From Octopus bimaculoides (lineage: Eukaryota): a DNA stretch of 64,000 bases. The DNA lies in contig NC_068985.1 in assembly GCF_001194135.2 (NCBI RefSeq), forward strand, positions 57,579,386-57,643,385, given 5' to 3'. The notes below the pieces were generated by a model. It was not told where the DNA came from. It did no database searches and worked only from the letters and a program-made list of their open reading frames with translations. Below, one piece after another: positions 12,044-23,301 of the stretch; the first letter of the stretch is position 1, and each line of letters begins with the position of its first letter. Position numbers and translations under genes: made by a program.

Positions 12044-13320
12044 TGTATTATGCATCTATATATGTATATATATANNNNNNNNNNNNNNNNNNNNNNNNNN
12101 NNNNNNNNNNNNNNNNNNNNNNNNNNNNNNNNNNNNNNNNNNNNNNNNNNNNNNNNNNNNNNNNNNNNNNNNNNNNNNNNNNNNNNNNNNNNNNNNNNNN
12201 NNNNNNNNNNNNNNNNNNNNNNNNNNNNNNNNNNNNNNNNNNNNNNNNNNNNNNNNNNNNNNNNNNNNNNNNNNNNNNNNNNNNNNNNNNNNNNNNNNNN
12301 NNNNNNNNNNNNNNNNNNNNNNNNNNNNNNNNNNNNNNNNNNNNNNNNNNNNNNNNNNNNNNNNNNNNNNNNNNNNNNNNNNNNNNNNNNNNNNNNNNNN
12401 NNNNNNNNNNNNNNNNNNNNNNNNNNNNNNNNNNNNNNNNNNNNNNNNNNNNNNNNNNNNNNNNNNNNNNNNNNNNNNNNNNNNNNNNNNNNNNNNNNNN
12501 NNNNNNNNNNNNNNNNNNNNNNNNNNNNNNNNNNNNNNNNNNNNNNNNNNNNNNNNNNNNNNNNNNNNNNNNNNNNNNNNNNNNNNNNNNNNNNNNNNNN
12601 NNNNNNNNNNNNNNNNNNNNNNNNNNNNNNNNNNNNNNNNNNNNNNNNNNNNNNNNNNNNNNNNNNNNNNNNNNNNNNNNNNNNNNNNNNNNNNNNNNNN
12701 NNNNNNNNNNNNNNNNNNNNNNNNNNNNNNNNNNNNNNNNNNNNNNNNNNNNNNNNNNNNNNNNNNNNNNNNNNNNNNNNNNNNNNNNNNNNNNNNNNNN
12801 NNNNNNNNNNNNNNNNNNNNNNNNNNNNNNNNNNNNNNNNNNNNNNNNNNNNNNNNNNNNNNNNNNNNNNNNNNNNNNNNNNNNNNNNNNNNNNNNNNNN
12901 NNNNNNNNNNNNNNNNNNNNNNNNNNNNNNNNNNNNNNNNNNNNNNNNNNNNNNNNNNNNNNNNNNNNNNNNNNNNNNNNATATACAACTCTATATGAAA
13001 CTATGCAGGTATATAGATATTTATGTATGTATCTATATCTATACGCACCTGTCTTTCAATCTTTCAATCTGTCTATCTATCTATATATATATTATTAAAA
13101 AATATGGCAAAAAATCATATATTAATTAATATCGATTAATTACCAGGAAGCTACACAGGCATATACACCATATAAGAAAAATCTTCCAATTTCCTGAGAT
13201 GTCCTACATTAAGACATAGTTTCCTTCCATTGTTTTTGCGAATTCTTAATTCCTGCTTCACGGTTGTTTCGGATTTTATCTATCTTCTTGATAACTCGCT
13301 GTCACACGTTCATGCAGTTT

Positions 13321-13358
<38 letters not shown>

Positions 13359-14599
13359 NNNNNNNNNNNNNNNNNNNNNNNNNNNNNNNNNNNNNNNNNN
13401 NNNNNNNNNNNNNNNNNNNNNNNNNNNNNNNNNNNNNNNNNNNNNNNNNNNNNNNNNNNNNNNNNNNNNNNNNNNNNNNNNNNNNNNNNNNNNNNNNNNN
13501 NNNNNNNNNNNNNNNNNNNNNNNNNNNNNNNNNNNNNNNNNNNNNNNNNNNNNNNNNNNNNNNNNNNNNNNNNNNNNNNNNNNNNNNNNNNNNNNNNNNN
13601 NNNNNNNNNNNNNNNNNNNNNNNNNNNNNNNNNNNNNNNNNNNNNNNNNNNNNNNNNNNNNNNNNNNNNNNNNNNNNNNNNNNNNNNNNNNNNNNNNNNN
13701 NNNNNNNNNNNNNNNNNNNNNNNNNNNNNNNNNNNNNNNNNNNNNNNNNNNNNNNNNNNNNNNNNNNNNNNNNNNNNNNNNNNNNNNNNNNNNNNNNNNN
13801 NNNNNNNNNNNNNNNNNNNNNNNNNNNNNNNNNNNNNNNNNNNNNNNNNNNNNNNNNNNNNNNNNNNNNNNNNNNNNNNNNNNNNNNNNNNNNNNNNNNN
13901 NNNNNNNNNNNNNNNNNNNNNNNNNNNNNNNNNNNNNNNNNNNNNNNNNNNNNNNNNNNNNNNNNNNNNNNNNNNNNNNNNNNNNNNNNNNNNNNNNNNN
14001 NNNNNNNNNNNNNNNNNNNNNNNNNNNNNNNNNNNNNNNNNNNNNNNNNNNNNNNNNNNNNNNNNNNNNNNNNNNNNNNNNNNNNNNNNNNNNNNNNATA
14101 TATACACTCGTTTTTGGTAGGTGAGTTCAGTAAAGAATTTAGATTCAAAATTGAATGTGGCATTTACGTTTAGTCACCAGAATATAGTATGTTATTATCC
14201 AAACAATTCCAAAGACAAGGTGATCAAAAATCAAACAATGCAACATGGATTTTATAGATTATTGCAATACGCACGTTTCATGCTACTCCATTTATTTAAG
14301 CAATACGAGTATTACATTAAATGTAAAATGCAGAGCAATCTTCATCCGCACAAGGATAGAGAAAATTTACTGAACATTTCATTTCAGCAGAATGGACATA
14401 TTACTGTTGTAACAACATTTAAACAATCTAAGTGGGAAAGAAGAATATAAAAAAAACATCTTGACATAGCCAAGCCTAGCAGGCTAGCAATTAATTCTAG
14501 GTAGAATTCTAACTGTCCCTGATTTTATTTGTTTCTTATCTAGTGATTTAAAGCTTGAGGGGGCAATCAACCTTTCACTTATAAGGAAAGGGAAGGGGT

Positions 14600-14850
14600 A
14601 AACATTATACATGGATATGCTTATAAAGATTCCTTTTTACTAATTCTCTTCCTTATTCTTTCAATGAATGATTTATTGTTGCTAAGGATGATGAATAAAG
14701 CATCATCCCTATATAAACCGTATAAACCGCCCCTTAGCTCCGGGATTTCATTATTTAAGCTATATAAGAGGTATGCTCCTACTAGATTCGTAATTTCAGC
14801 CGAGTCACTCGACCCCCATCGCGATATCCAAGTTATCTGGAGTATCGGCC
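14600..14850 (-). pseudogene. Penelope-like element reverse transcriptase fragment (YRDD type)
   Basis: DIAMG/SSDSAEITNLVGAYLL...GLYRDDALFI with a +1 frameshift in a G run and a 9-nt duplication (TATAAACCG x2); PLE MGSxDxAE..LVG / GLYRDD signature. Confidence 0.8.
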
Positions 14851-15009
14851 CTACTCTAGGACCACGGTATCCAGGGTGGATAAAATAGAAATTCAAGGGA
14901 AGCTGGTTTGGAGATAGAGATATAAATAACCACCATTACACTTTACACACACAACATATTTATACATGTATACACACATACATATACACAAACAAACATA
15001 TATACATAC

Positions 15010-15048
<39 letters not shown>

Positions 15049-15734
15049 CTGAGTGAAAAAACGAACGAGAGATAAACAGAAGGTCCGCAATTCTTTATCA
15101 GTTATCGACCAATTGGTGATATTCAGTTTCGCACACACACGAGACCGCTGAAATCTACAAGTATTTTTCATTCTTGCTCTCTGTTTATTTTCTCTTATTT
15201 TGGGTATGCAACCAGTAAGTAATCACACAGTGATAGTGCTATAAGTTCGGCTTTGACAGAGATTTAAATGTTGAGTGGAGAGAGAGAAAGAAGAATAACA
15301 AGAAAAGGCAGGGAGAAGGAGAAGAATCTCTATGATATAGGGGGAAGTAATAAATGTCAAAAAGATGAAACTGAGAGACGTGGGTAGCAAGTAAAATTAA
15401 GATCATGATCAAAGGCAGAGCCACTGTTGGTCAGGCCCTTAAAACAATTAAGGACGGTAGCTAGCTATACAAAGACAGAGGAAGATATAAGTAATGAACT
15501 GAAGGAACAGAGGTTGTGGTAAAATAGGAGGTGTATATGTGAACGTGTGGAGGATGGTACAAGGAGAATACAGGAAGAAAATAATGTTAGAATAGCTAAA
15601 TAATATAGAACTACAATCGAAGTTAGGAGAAATCAGGAAAAAATGGACATAATGGGCAAAAGTGGAATATGATTTCTGCTTACGTGAGATGATTACCTCA
15701 GAGAACATATTGAGTATAGAGGTATCATGACAGT

Positions 15735-15985
15735 GAAGGATGAGAAACTTGTCAGCCAGCCACATTGTTCTAGGTTCAGTCCCACTGTGTCGCATCTAGA
15801 CTAGGTGTCTTCAACTGTAGCTTCAGGCTTACCAAAGTATTTGTACCTGTGCCTTCCCTGCACCTCTTCACAACCCAAGTTTGTTTGTGTTTACGTGGCC
15901 GTTATCTAGCGGTTCAGTGATAGAGACTGATTGAATATGTACAAGTCTTCGAAAAACAGAGGTCAATTCATTCGATTAAACTCAA
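15735..15985 (+). mobile_element. SINE family A, decayed
   Basis: GGTTCAGTCCCACTG...GTGTCTTCAACTGTAGC...CTAGCGGTTC homologous to 168-625. Confidence 0.65.
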
Positions 15986-16053
15986 CTAAATAATTAAAAT
16001 ATAACAAGTTTGTATGTGCGTGTAAACACATTGACGCACACACACAGACACAG

Positions 16054-16085
<32 letters not shown>

Positions 16086-16267
16086 GTATATGAGTGAGCA
16101 CCGAAACGCGTATTTGTAAGTATGAGTTTATGCGTGCGCTTGTCTGATCGTCTATAAATATCTCTGTCTCTATCTATATATTTATATATGTATGTATATA
16201 TNNNNNNNNNNTAACTCACAAAGGCAAAAGAAGAAAAAAAAATAACGAACTAAACTAGACATAGTTA

Positions 16268-16325
16268 ATCATGTACATGTTTCTGGCGTAGAAGGAAAAA
16301 CTCTTCATTACCTCATCAGTATGAT
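16268..16325 (-). ncRNA. Type-I hammerhead ribozyme motif (HH2, minus copy)
   Basis: ATCATA-CTGATGA-GG-TAAT-GAAG-AGTTTTTC-CTTC-TACG-CC-A-GAAA-CATG-TA-CATGAT; intact core boxes, palindromic ACATGT stem III, GUA triplet; A-C mismatch at the first stem I pair. Confidence 0.75.
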
Positions 16326-16847
16326 ATTCCAGTTGCAAATTCGACGATGCTAACAATTGTGCATGTATGACTGAGCGCCATCATAACAATCGACACAATT
16401 TGAAAGCATCTCCGAACCTGCATAGGCCAGCCAGCTCATCATCCCTCCTCAAGAAATTACCATGTGCGTCGCAGGCAATACCGCAGACAATCTGCGGTTT
16501 ACTATCCGGGAGTGAATAATTATTGCAATTAAAAGGGTAAAGGATTATCAATTTATTCATTTATTAATAAATTAACGATTAATAATTTTTACCAAGCCCT
16601 TCGGTATGTGAGCACCGTTATCGGTGAGGAACTTATTTTAAAGTTCTTATACATTTATAAACATAATTAAGGGATCAGCAACAGTTGCTTCACCACATAC
16701 CGAAGTTCAGAAACAGCAGCTAAAATGCTGAAACTCCAACAGGTTGGCCTATGTGGGTTCGGAGGTGCTTCCAAGTTTTGTCGATGCATGATGTTCACTC
16801 TGTCATACATGCACAATTGCTAGCACCGTCGAATCTACAACGGGAAT

Positions 16848-16905
16848 ATCATACTGAAGAGGAAATGGAGTTTTATCGCTCCTAAGCCAGAAACGTGTCT
16901 ATGAT
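16848..16905 (+). ncRNA. Type-I hammerhead ribozyme motif (HH2, plus copy)
   Basis: ATCATA-CTGAAGA-GG-AAAT-GGAG-TTTTATCG-CTCC-TAAG-CC-A-GAAA-CGTG-TC-TATGAT; perfect 6-bp stem I, GUC triplet (predicted cut after 16899), compensatory change relative to the minus copy. Confidence 0.8.
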
Positions 16906-17610
16906 TAACTTCGAATGGTTAGTTTTCATTGTTCTTTCTTCTTGTTTTGCCTTTGTGGGTTACAAGTAATGCTATCTGTTGGAGTCTCAGCATTTTGGCT
17001 GCTATTTCTGAACTTCGGTATGTGGTGAAGCAACTGTTTNNNNNNNNNNNNNNNNNNNNNNNNNNNNNNNNNNNNNNNNNNNNNNNNNNNNNNNNNNNNN
17101 NNNNNNNNNNNNNNNNNNNNNNNNNNNNNNNNNNNNNNNNNNNNNNNNNNNNNNNNNNNNNNNNNNNNNNNNNNNNNNNNNNNNNNNNNNNNNNNNNNNN
17201 NNNNNNNNNNNNNNNNNNNNNNNNNNNNNNNNNNNNNNNNNNNNNNNNNNNNNNNNNNNNNNNNNNNNNNNNNNNNNNNNNNNNNNNNNNNNNNNNNNNN
17301 NNNNNNNNNNNNNNNNNNNNNNNNNNNNNNNNNNNNNNNNNNNNNNNNNNNNNNNNNNNNNNNNNNNNNNNNNNNNNNNNNNNNNNNNNNNNNNNNNNNN
17401 NNNNNNNNNNNNNNNNNNNNNNNNNNNNNNNNNNNNNNNNNNNNNNNNNNNNNNNNNNNNNNNNNNNNNNNNNNNNNNNNNNNNNNNNNNNNNNNNNNNN
17501 NNNNNNNNNNNNNNNNNNNNNNNNNNNNNNNNNNNNNNNNNNNNNNNNNNNNNNNNNNNNNNNNNNNNNNNNNNNNNNNNNNNNNNNNNNNNNNNNNNNN
17601 NNNNNNNNNN

Positions 17611-17663
<53 letters not shown>

Positions 17664-17984
17664 AAGCGGTAATGATTACTAGATTATCTCTTTAGAGTAG
17701 CGTTATTAAATGTGCATGGTGCACCTGTAACCATACAGACACCTGCCAGACATATTAGATTCTGAGGGTACATAAATTATTATTAGGACGGAAATGATGA
17801 CAGCAATTCAAAAGAATTATACAAATTAAAGAACGTCACAAGATGTTAGAAAGAAATAGTCTAACAGGCATATTAATTTCACCTCTGTTTTTCTGTCTCT
17901 CTTTCTTACTATCTAATTTATTTACCTCTTACGCATCAAACATATTTACTTCATGCACACACACACACACACACACACCCACAC

Positions 17985-18049
<65 letters not shown>

Positions 18050-18306
18050 TGTGTGTGTGGGGGTGTGTGTGTGTGTGTGTGAATGACTTTTGACCAATGT
18101 TATTTTTCTTTTTCTTTTGACATTCGATAGTCGTTAATTTTAGCTTACTTTACAAGCAAATAGAATGTAATTTTGTTTACAGCTATTACTTCAGCGTTAA
18201 TTTTGACATGGTGTGCAAAAACGAAAATTTTCGCCATATTTTGTGTTTTTATTTTCGTAAATGCAAGAAAACTGCTGAGGTTCACACAGTCATGTGAAAT
18301 GTATAG

Positions 18307-18324
18307 TTAGGGTTAGGGTTAGGG
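18307..18324 (+). repeat. Interstitial (TTAGGG)3
   Basis: Three exact TTAGGG units, bracketed by the inverted 10-mer TTTTGACATG (~18202) / CATGTCAAAA (~18345). Confidence 0.7.
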
Positions 18325-18519
18325 TTCTGCATAACTGAACACGCATGTCAAAAATGGTTTTTAAAATTCTGTTCTGAAGATTTTCCACCCAAAGATAACT
18401 AACGTTGAGGTCGACCCACTGAAGTTGGTAAAGACCGAATCGAAGCCATAATTGAATCTGATTGTCATATAACTGTTTGAGAGATTGCAGAGAGGTTAAG
18501 TGTATCACACACAACAAAT

Positions 18520-18805
18520 GAAAATCACTTAAAATATCATAGACTCGTTAGGAGGATCGATATTTGAGTTCCACATAAATTGAAATAGATTAACTTAGGA
18601 CAACCAAAAAATATTTGTGATATGCATCTCAAACGCAATGAAATCGACCTGTTTTTTAAGCGAATCTTCACTGGTGATGAAATATGAATTGTCTACAATA
18701 ACATAAATCGAAAACGATCATGGTACTAGCGTAATGAACCAGCACAAACCGCATCGAAAGCTGAATTGCATCAAAAAAGGTCATACTGTCAATATGGTAG
18801 GATTA
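18520..18805 (+). pseudogene. Mariner transposase fragment
   Basis: ENHLK...DI*VPHKLK, ICDMHLKRNEIDLFFKRIFTGDE, IVYNNINRKRSW, EPAQTASKAELHQK, ILSIW*DY. Confidence 0.9.
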
Positions 18806-18886
18806 CACACCGACACACACATACACTCAGACATATATGTATGTATGCATGTGTGTATATAAATAAAATATAAAGATAACATGTAG

Positions 18887-19447
18887 ATAAGATTTTATCG
18901 AGTAGCTAGCGTGTAAACCAACTAACGAAATAAATTAATACAAGGTATGTAATTCTTTCCTATATATATAAAGTACGTTATATTTAGGGCTATACCTGTG
19001 CGTAAAAGCCACACACTTTAATGGGACTCTAAAGTCAAACTACTTCAATAAGTATACACATGCGCCGACATTGAGGGAATTAAAGCTAGGAGAAATTCCT
19101 TCAATAAAAAAAAAGGTTTAGTCGTATACCATTAATGATTTCATGGTCACCATGTATTACCATGTTCTCATGTTCCTGAATATGAACATAACCGTAATAA
19201 ATAAATATATTAACATCTGTACATACCAAAGGAACACAACGCATCCGCTAGCGCATATACAAATGTTTACACTTATAAATCCAATTTAAAGTGATCTGTG
19301 ACTAGTTCATCTCGCCACGTCTGTATAATCGTAAGGATTCAGCACTGAATATATTCCGGGTCAATATTTGTAAATAAAATATATGAATAATATATGAATA
19401 AAATCTATATAAGATTTTATCGAGTAGCCAGCGTGTAAACCAACTAA
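18887..19447. repeat. Direct repeat pair (39 nt, 1 mismatch), 522-nt period
   Basis: ATAAGATTTTATCGAGTAGC(T/C)AGCGTGTAAACCAACTAA at 18887-18925 and 19409-19447. Confidence 0.85.
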
Positions 19448-19663
19448 GGACCAAAATCAATATAACGTACCTAATTTTTTACTCTATATATAAAATACCT
19501 TATGATATCTATATGTACATCTATATATATATANNNNNNNNNNNNNNNNNNNNNNNNNNNNNNNNNNNNNNNNNNNNNNNNNNNNNNNNNNNNNNNNNNN
19601 NNNNNNNNNNNNNNNNNNNNNNNNNNNNNNNNNNNNNNNNNNNNNNNNNNNNNNNNNNNNNNN

Positions 19664-22600
19664 TCAGTGAATAGTTTTTGTAATAGGTTAAAAATACCAT
19701 ATGTTAGAAATTTCATTGATGAAGTTAATTTAAGTAATGTAATTGGAAATGATAAAACAAAAAAAAACATTTGCCGGAAAATGTTAAGACATATAAATGT
19801 CAACATTTGTTATAAACTTGGTAAGAAGAAATGTAATAACTTATCTAATTATAATAAGCTGCTATCTAAAATCAGTCTTGAATGTTTGAAAGAAATATAG
19901 TTATGAGATTGTGAATGTGATAATTCGGAATTTTGTTATAAAGAAACAAAGCATGTTTATACAGGAAATTTGGATATTATTAAAAATAGGCAACTAAGAG
20001 ACATTATGAGTAAAGAGACAAAAAAAAAAAAAGAGAACTAAGTAGAATTAGTAAATATAATTTAAAGAAAGTTATATTAATGAGTTCATACAATAGCTGG
20101 GTTAGCAAATTAACTTATATGTTAGTTAAATATTTAAAGAAATCCGATAATTGGATAGATATAAACCACTAGTTAAAGAATATATAGATGGATTACATAA
20201 AAGCTATGTAATGGCAGCAGATAAAGCAGCAGGGAATTTTGTAGTAGTTGCGAAACATATTATATGATGGTTGTTGGTAAAGCGTTAGGAGTGGATAAGG
20301 AATTTAAATTTATAACTAACAACACATACAAAAATAGAAATATTAATATTTCTAAGTCTCTCTAAAGGAGACTACGGCAGCGGTACAGGATATTAATAGT
20401 TATCGCCAAGCTAACATAACAGTCCTGAAAAACATGAGGAATGCTGCCGTTGATTAGCTCCAAGAGGAAATCGCTTGTAGCTAGCTATGTGACACACACG
20501 AACCTGTGTCCATTATAACCTTCGAACAGGGGAGGTCAGTCACTTCCCCTTGCTGGTCTGACATCTACAAACTAGGTTCAGGGTATTTTCCCCTTATCAA
20601 TATAGAGCAGCCGGACTAGGCAGGTGTCGCTACTTACCCTCTGTTCGAAGGACTATTTACCTAAATTCACTGGTTATCAAAAATAGAAATATTAATATGT
20701 CTACGTCTCTCTAAAGGAGTCTACGGCAGTGGTACTGGATATTAATATTTATCGCCAAGCCAACATGGCAGTCCAGAAAAATAGGACGAATGCTGCCGTT
20801 GATTAGCTCTAAGAGGCCATCGCCTCAAGCTAGCTATGTGACACACAAAACTGTAGATGTCAGACCAGCAAGGGGAAGCGGCTGACCTCCCCTGTTTGAA
20901 GGTTATAATGGACACAGGTTCGTGTGTCACATAGCTAGCTAGAGGTCATTTCCTCTTGGAGCTTATCAACGGCAGCATTCGTTCTATTTTTCCGGACTGC
21001 CATGTTAGCTTGGCGATAACTATTAATATCCAGTACTGCTGCCGTAGTCTCCTTTAGAGAGACTTAGAAATATTAATATTTCTATTTTTGTACGTGTTTT
21101 TAGATATAAACATAAATACCTTATCTACTCCTAACTATTTATCAGCAACCATCATATAATATTTTTACAAATTACTACAAATTCCCTGCTGCTTTATCTG
21201 CTGGTACTATTACATACCTTTTATGTAATTCATCTATATATTCTTTAACTAGTGGTTTATACAGAACTGAATCTTTCCCCATCCACTTATCGTAATTCTT
21301 TAAATATTCAACTACCATATAAGTTAATTTGCTAACCCAGCTATTTTTGGAGTGTTAGATCAACTAAGAAATTTCTGGATAGACTGATCAAATGTAACAA
21401 AGTTATGAATAAGTATGTGTATGATTTTTCGACACTATATACAAAGCTGAAACTTAAATGTGTAGAAGATTTTATCTTTAGAATATTAGATATCATTTTT
21501 AATAATGGATATAAATGTATATATTAAAAGAATGGTAAAGGTTTCTTATCTAATTGTTGCTATAAGTGATATACTAATATAAGTAAAAGAAAGATGAAAG
21601 AAACGGTTAGTTTTATTAATTCGTTTGTAATATTTGCGGGTAGAGTGTTTGAGCAGGTTAGGGGAATTCCAATGGGTGGCAATTTAGCCCCCTATTGGAT
21701 GATCTTTATCTTTCTTCATGCGAGTTCCTTTTTCTTAAAGACCTATGTGCGAGGAAAAATGTGAGTTTGTTTAAACCACTTCATGGATGCTGCTGATACA
21801 TAGATGATATATTTATACCTAATTATGGTTTCTTCGAATTTTTACTCAGAAAAATATACCCTAGTGAGTTTATAGTCGCCAGAAATGATAACAATACAAG
21901 AAGTATTAATTATTTAGATGTTAATCTAATAATTAAGGATCATAATGGAATATATAATGGCATTTAAAATAAAACACTTGGTTTCCAAGTGGCTTTAATG
22001 CCATGGTTCAGTAGTTGAATTCCTTCTTTCATTGAGCAAATTGTTAAATATAGTACTATTATTAATTATGCTAATAAATTTTTGGAAAGAATAAATAAAC
22101 TGTTAAGACATTTAATAAAACAAGGATATAAATATGGTAAACAGTTTACAACTTCTAATCACTGTTTATGTGGGAAACTTGAAATTTTAAGTAAATATAG
22201 GGTAATATCTGGTTTTTAACTTAGCAAATATTTGTGAGGATTTGAAATGTTTACGATTCGAGTTCTTTGCTTACTACGTCACCAATATTGTTTGAGACAA
22301 TAGAGGAAGTAGTAACTACGCACTACATCATCAATAGTTAAGATAGTCCTTTTAAATTCTTGGACATGGTACCGCGTGGCTGTTAAAATTTGTAGTCTTA
22401 TTATCTTTTAAACAGTTTTTAGCTTTAAACATAGCAAGGTTTTATGATAAAAGTTAATTACAAGTACTTTTATTTGTTCCTACTTAATAAGATTTTATGT
22501 TTCTATTAGTTACTGGTAATTTAATATTATGGCTTGTAGTGGTGATATATTAATGAGTATTTAGTGCTTTATCATTATCTTTTGAATGATGAAATAATGT

Positions 22601-23215
22601 ACTTCACTTACAATTGTTATATTATTAGTTAAATTAAATTCAATCGTGTTTTGTTTTGGAGAGATTTATATAAAGCGTTAACTTTTTTTTTATCATAGTT
22701 GTAACTACGGAAGACTGGTGGGATTATTATTTTTATGGACTTAAAGATTGGTCGCTATTTAGCATTTAATTTAGTTATTGCAGGTTTACTATTAATACTG
22801 ATACGATGTACATTGGTTTATGCGTTTCTTTGTTGTAATTTTATTAAAGTTAGTGATTAATCCTGCCTATAAATTGAATGAATGTGGTGCACTTTTATAT
22901 TATACTATGGAAAACCGTAGGGATTATAATTTTTGCATGACTTAATGATTTGGTCACTGATTAGTTACGTATTTAGGAGTTGGCTGCAATTTAATTATTG
23001 AATTTATTTACCGATACGGTTGTAAAAGTTGGTGGAAAAATATTAAACTTATTTACCAATACGTTTGTACATAAGGCAAATCTGTATGAAAGTTGTATAG
23101 AAAAGAAGGCTTATTTTTATTCACATAAGATTTTTAATAAATAAATTTATTATCTGTTTTATATCTGTTTCATTATATATAAACATAAATCGGTCCTCAA
23201 ATAACTTACGCTCCC
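19664..23215 (+). mobile_element. Naiad-type Penelope-like retroelement, decayed and rearranged, ending at (CA)n
   Basis: CxC linker CECDNSEFCYKETKHVYTGNLDII (19910), ADKAAGNFVV, YDFSTLYT (21420), GIPMGGNLAP (21663), C*YIDD (21797), LIKQGY, stop at ~22219 with no downstream GIY-YIG; AT-rich 3' region with degenerate ~200-nt repeats abuts (CA)n. Confidence 0.8.
20093..21343. repeat. Long inverted repeat (~480-bp arms) containing three copies of a ~350-bp unit
   Basis: Left arm ~20093-20570 vs right arm ~20853-21343; unit copies A (+, 20331-20678), B (+, 20679-20852, partial) and C (-, 20853-21091, partial). Confidence 0.9.
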
Positions 23216-23218
23216 TGT

Positions 23219-23301
<83 letters not shown>

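Larger units (their letters stand above)
16212..17039. mobile_element. Inverted pair of hammerhead-bearing short elements (family HH2)
   Basis: 16212-16430 (minus) is homologous to 16746-16965 (plus); the right copy is additionally bracketed by ~63-bp inverted arms 16680-16742 / 16976-17039. Confidence 0.75.

Noticed and set aside
11951-14173. 300-390 aa ORFs
   Set aside because: Span N-gaps (X runs) and (TA)n; artefacts, as are the other X-containing ORFs
20971-21078. HDV-like ribozyme in unit copy C (GGCAGCA/TGCTGCC, TATTAATAT/ATATTAATA, AGTCTC/GAGACT in HDV-like order)
   Set aside because: Only 7 nt are available for P3/L3, J4/2 (TAGAA) has no catalytic C, and P1 extends 5' of the would-be cleavage site
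20331-21091. CRISPR-like array or other prokaryotic system
   Set aside because: Units are ~350 bp without short constant repeats and unique spacers, there are no cas-like ORFs, and the context is eukaryotic
21794-21796. In-frame TGA in the Naiad RT as selenocysteine (known for some Naiads)
   Set aside because: It sits at the Arg position of the RYIDD motif, so CGA->TGA decay explains it; the copy also has TAG/TAA stops and frameshifts. The TGA at 19904 is uninterpretable for the same reason.
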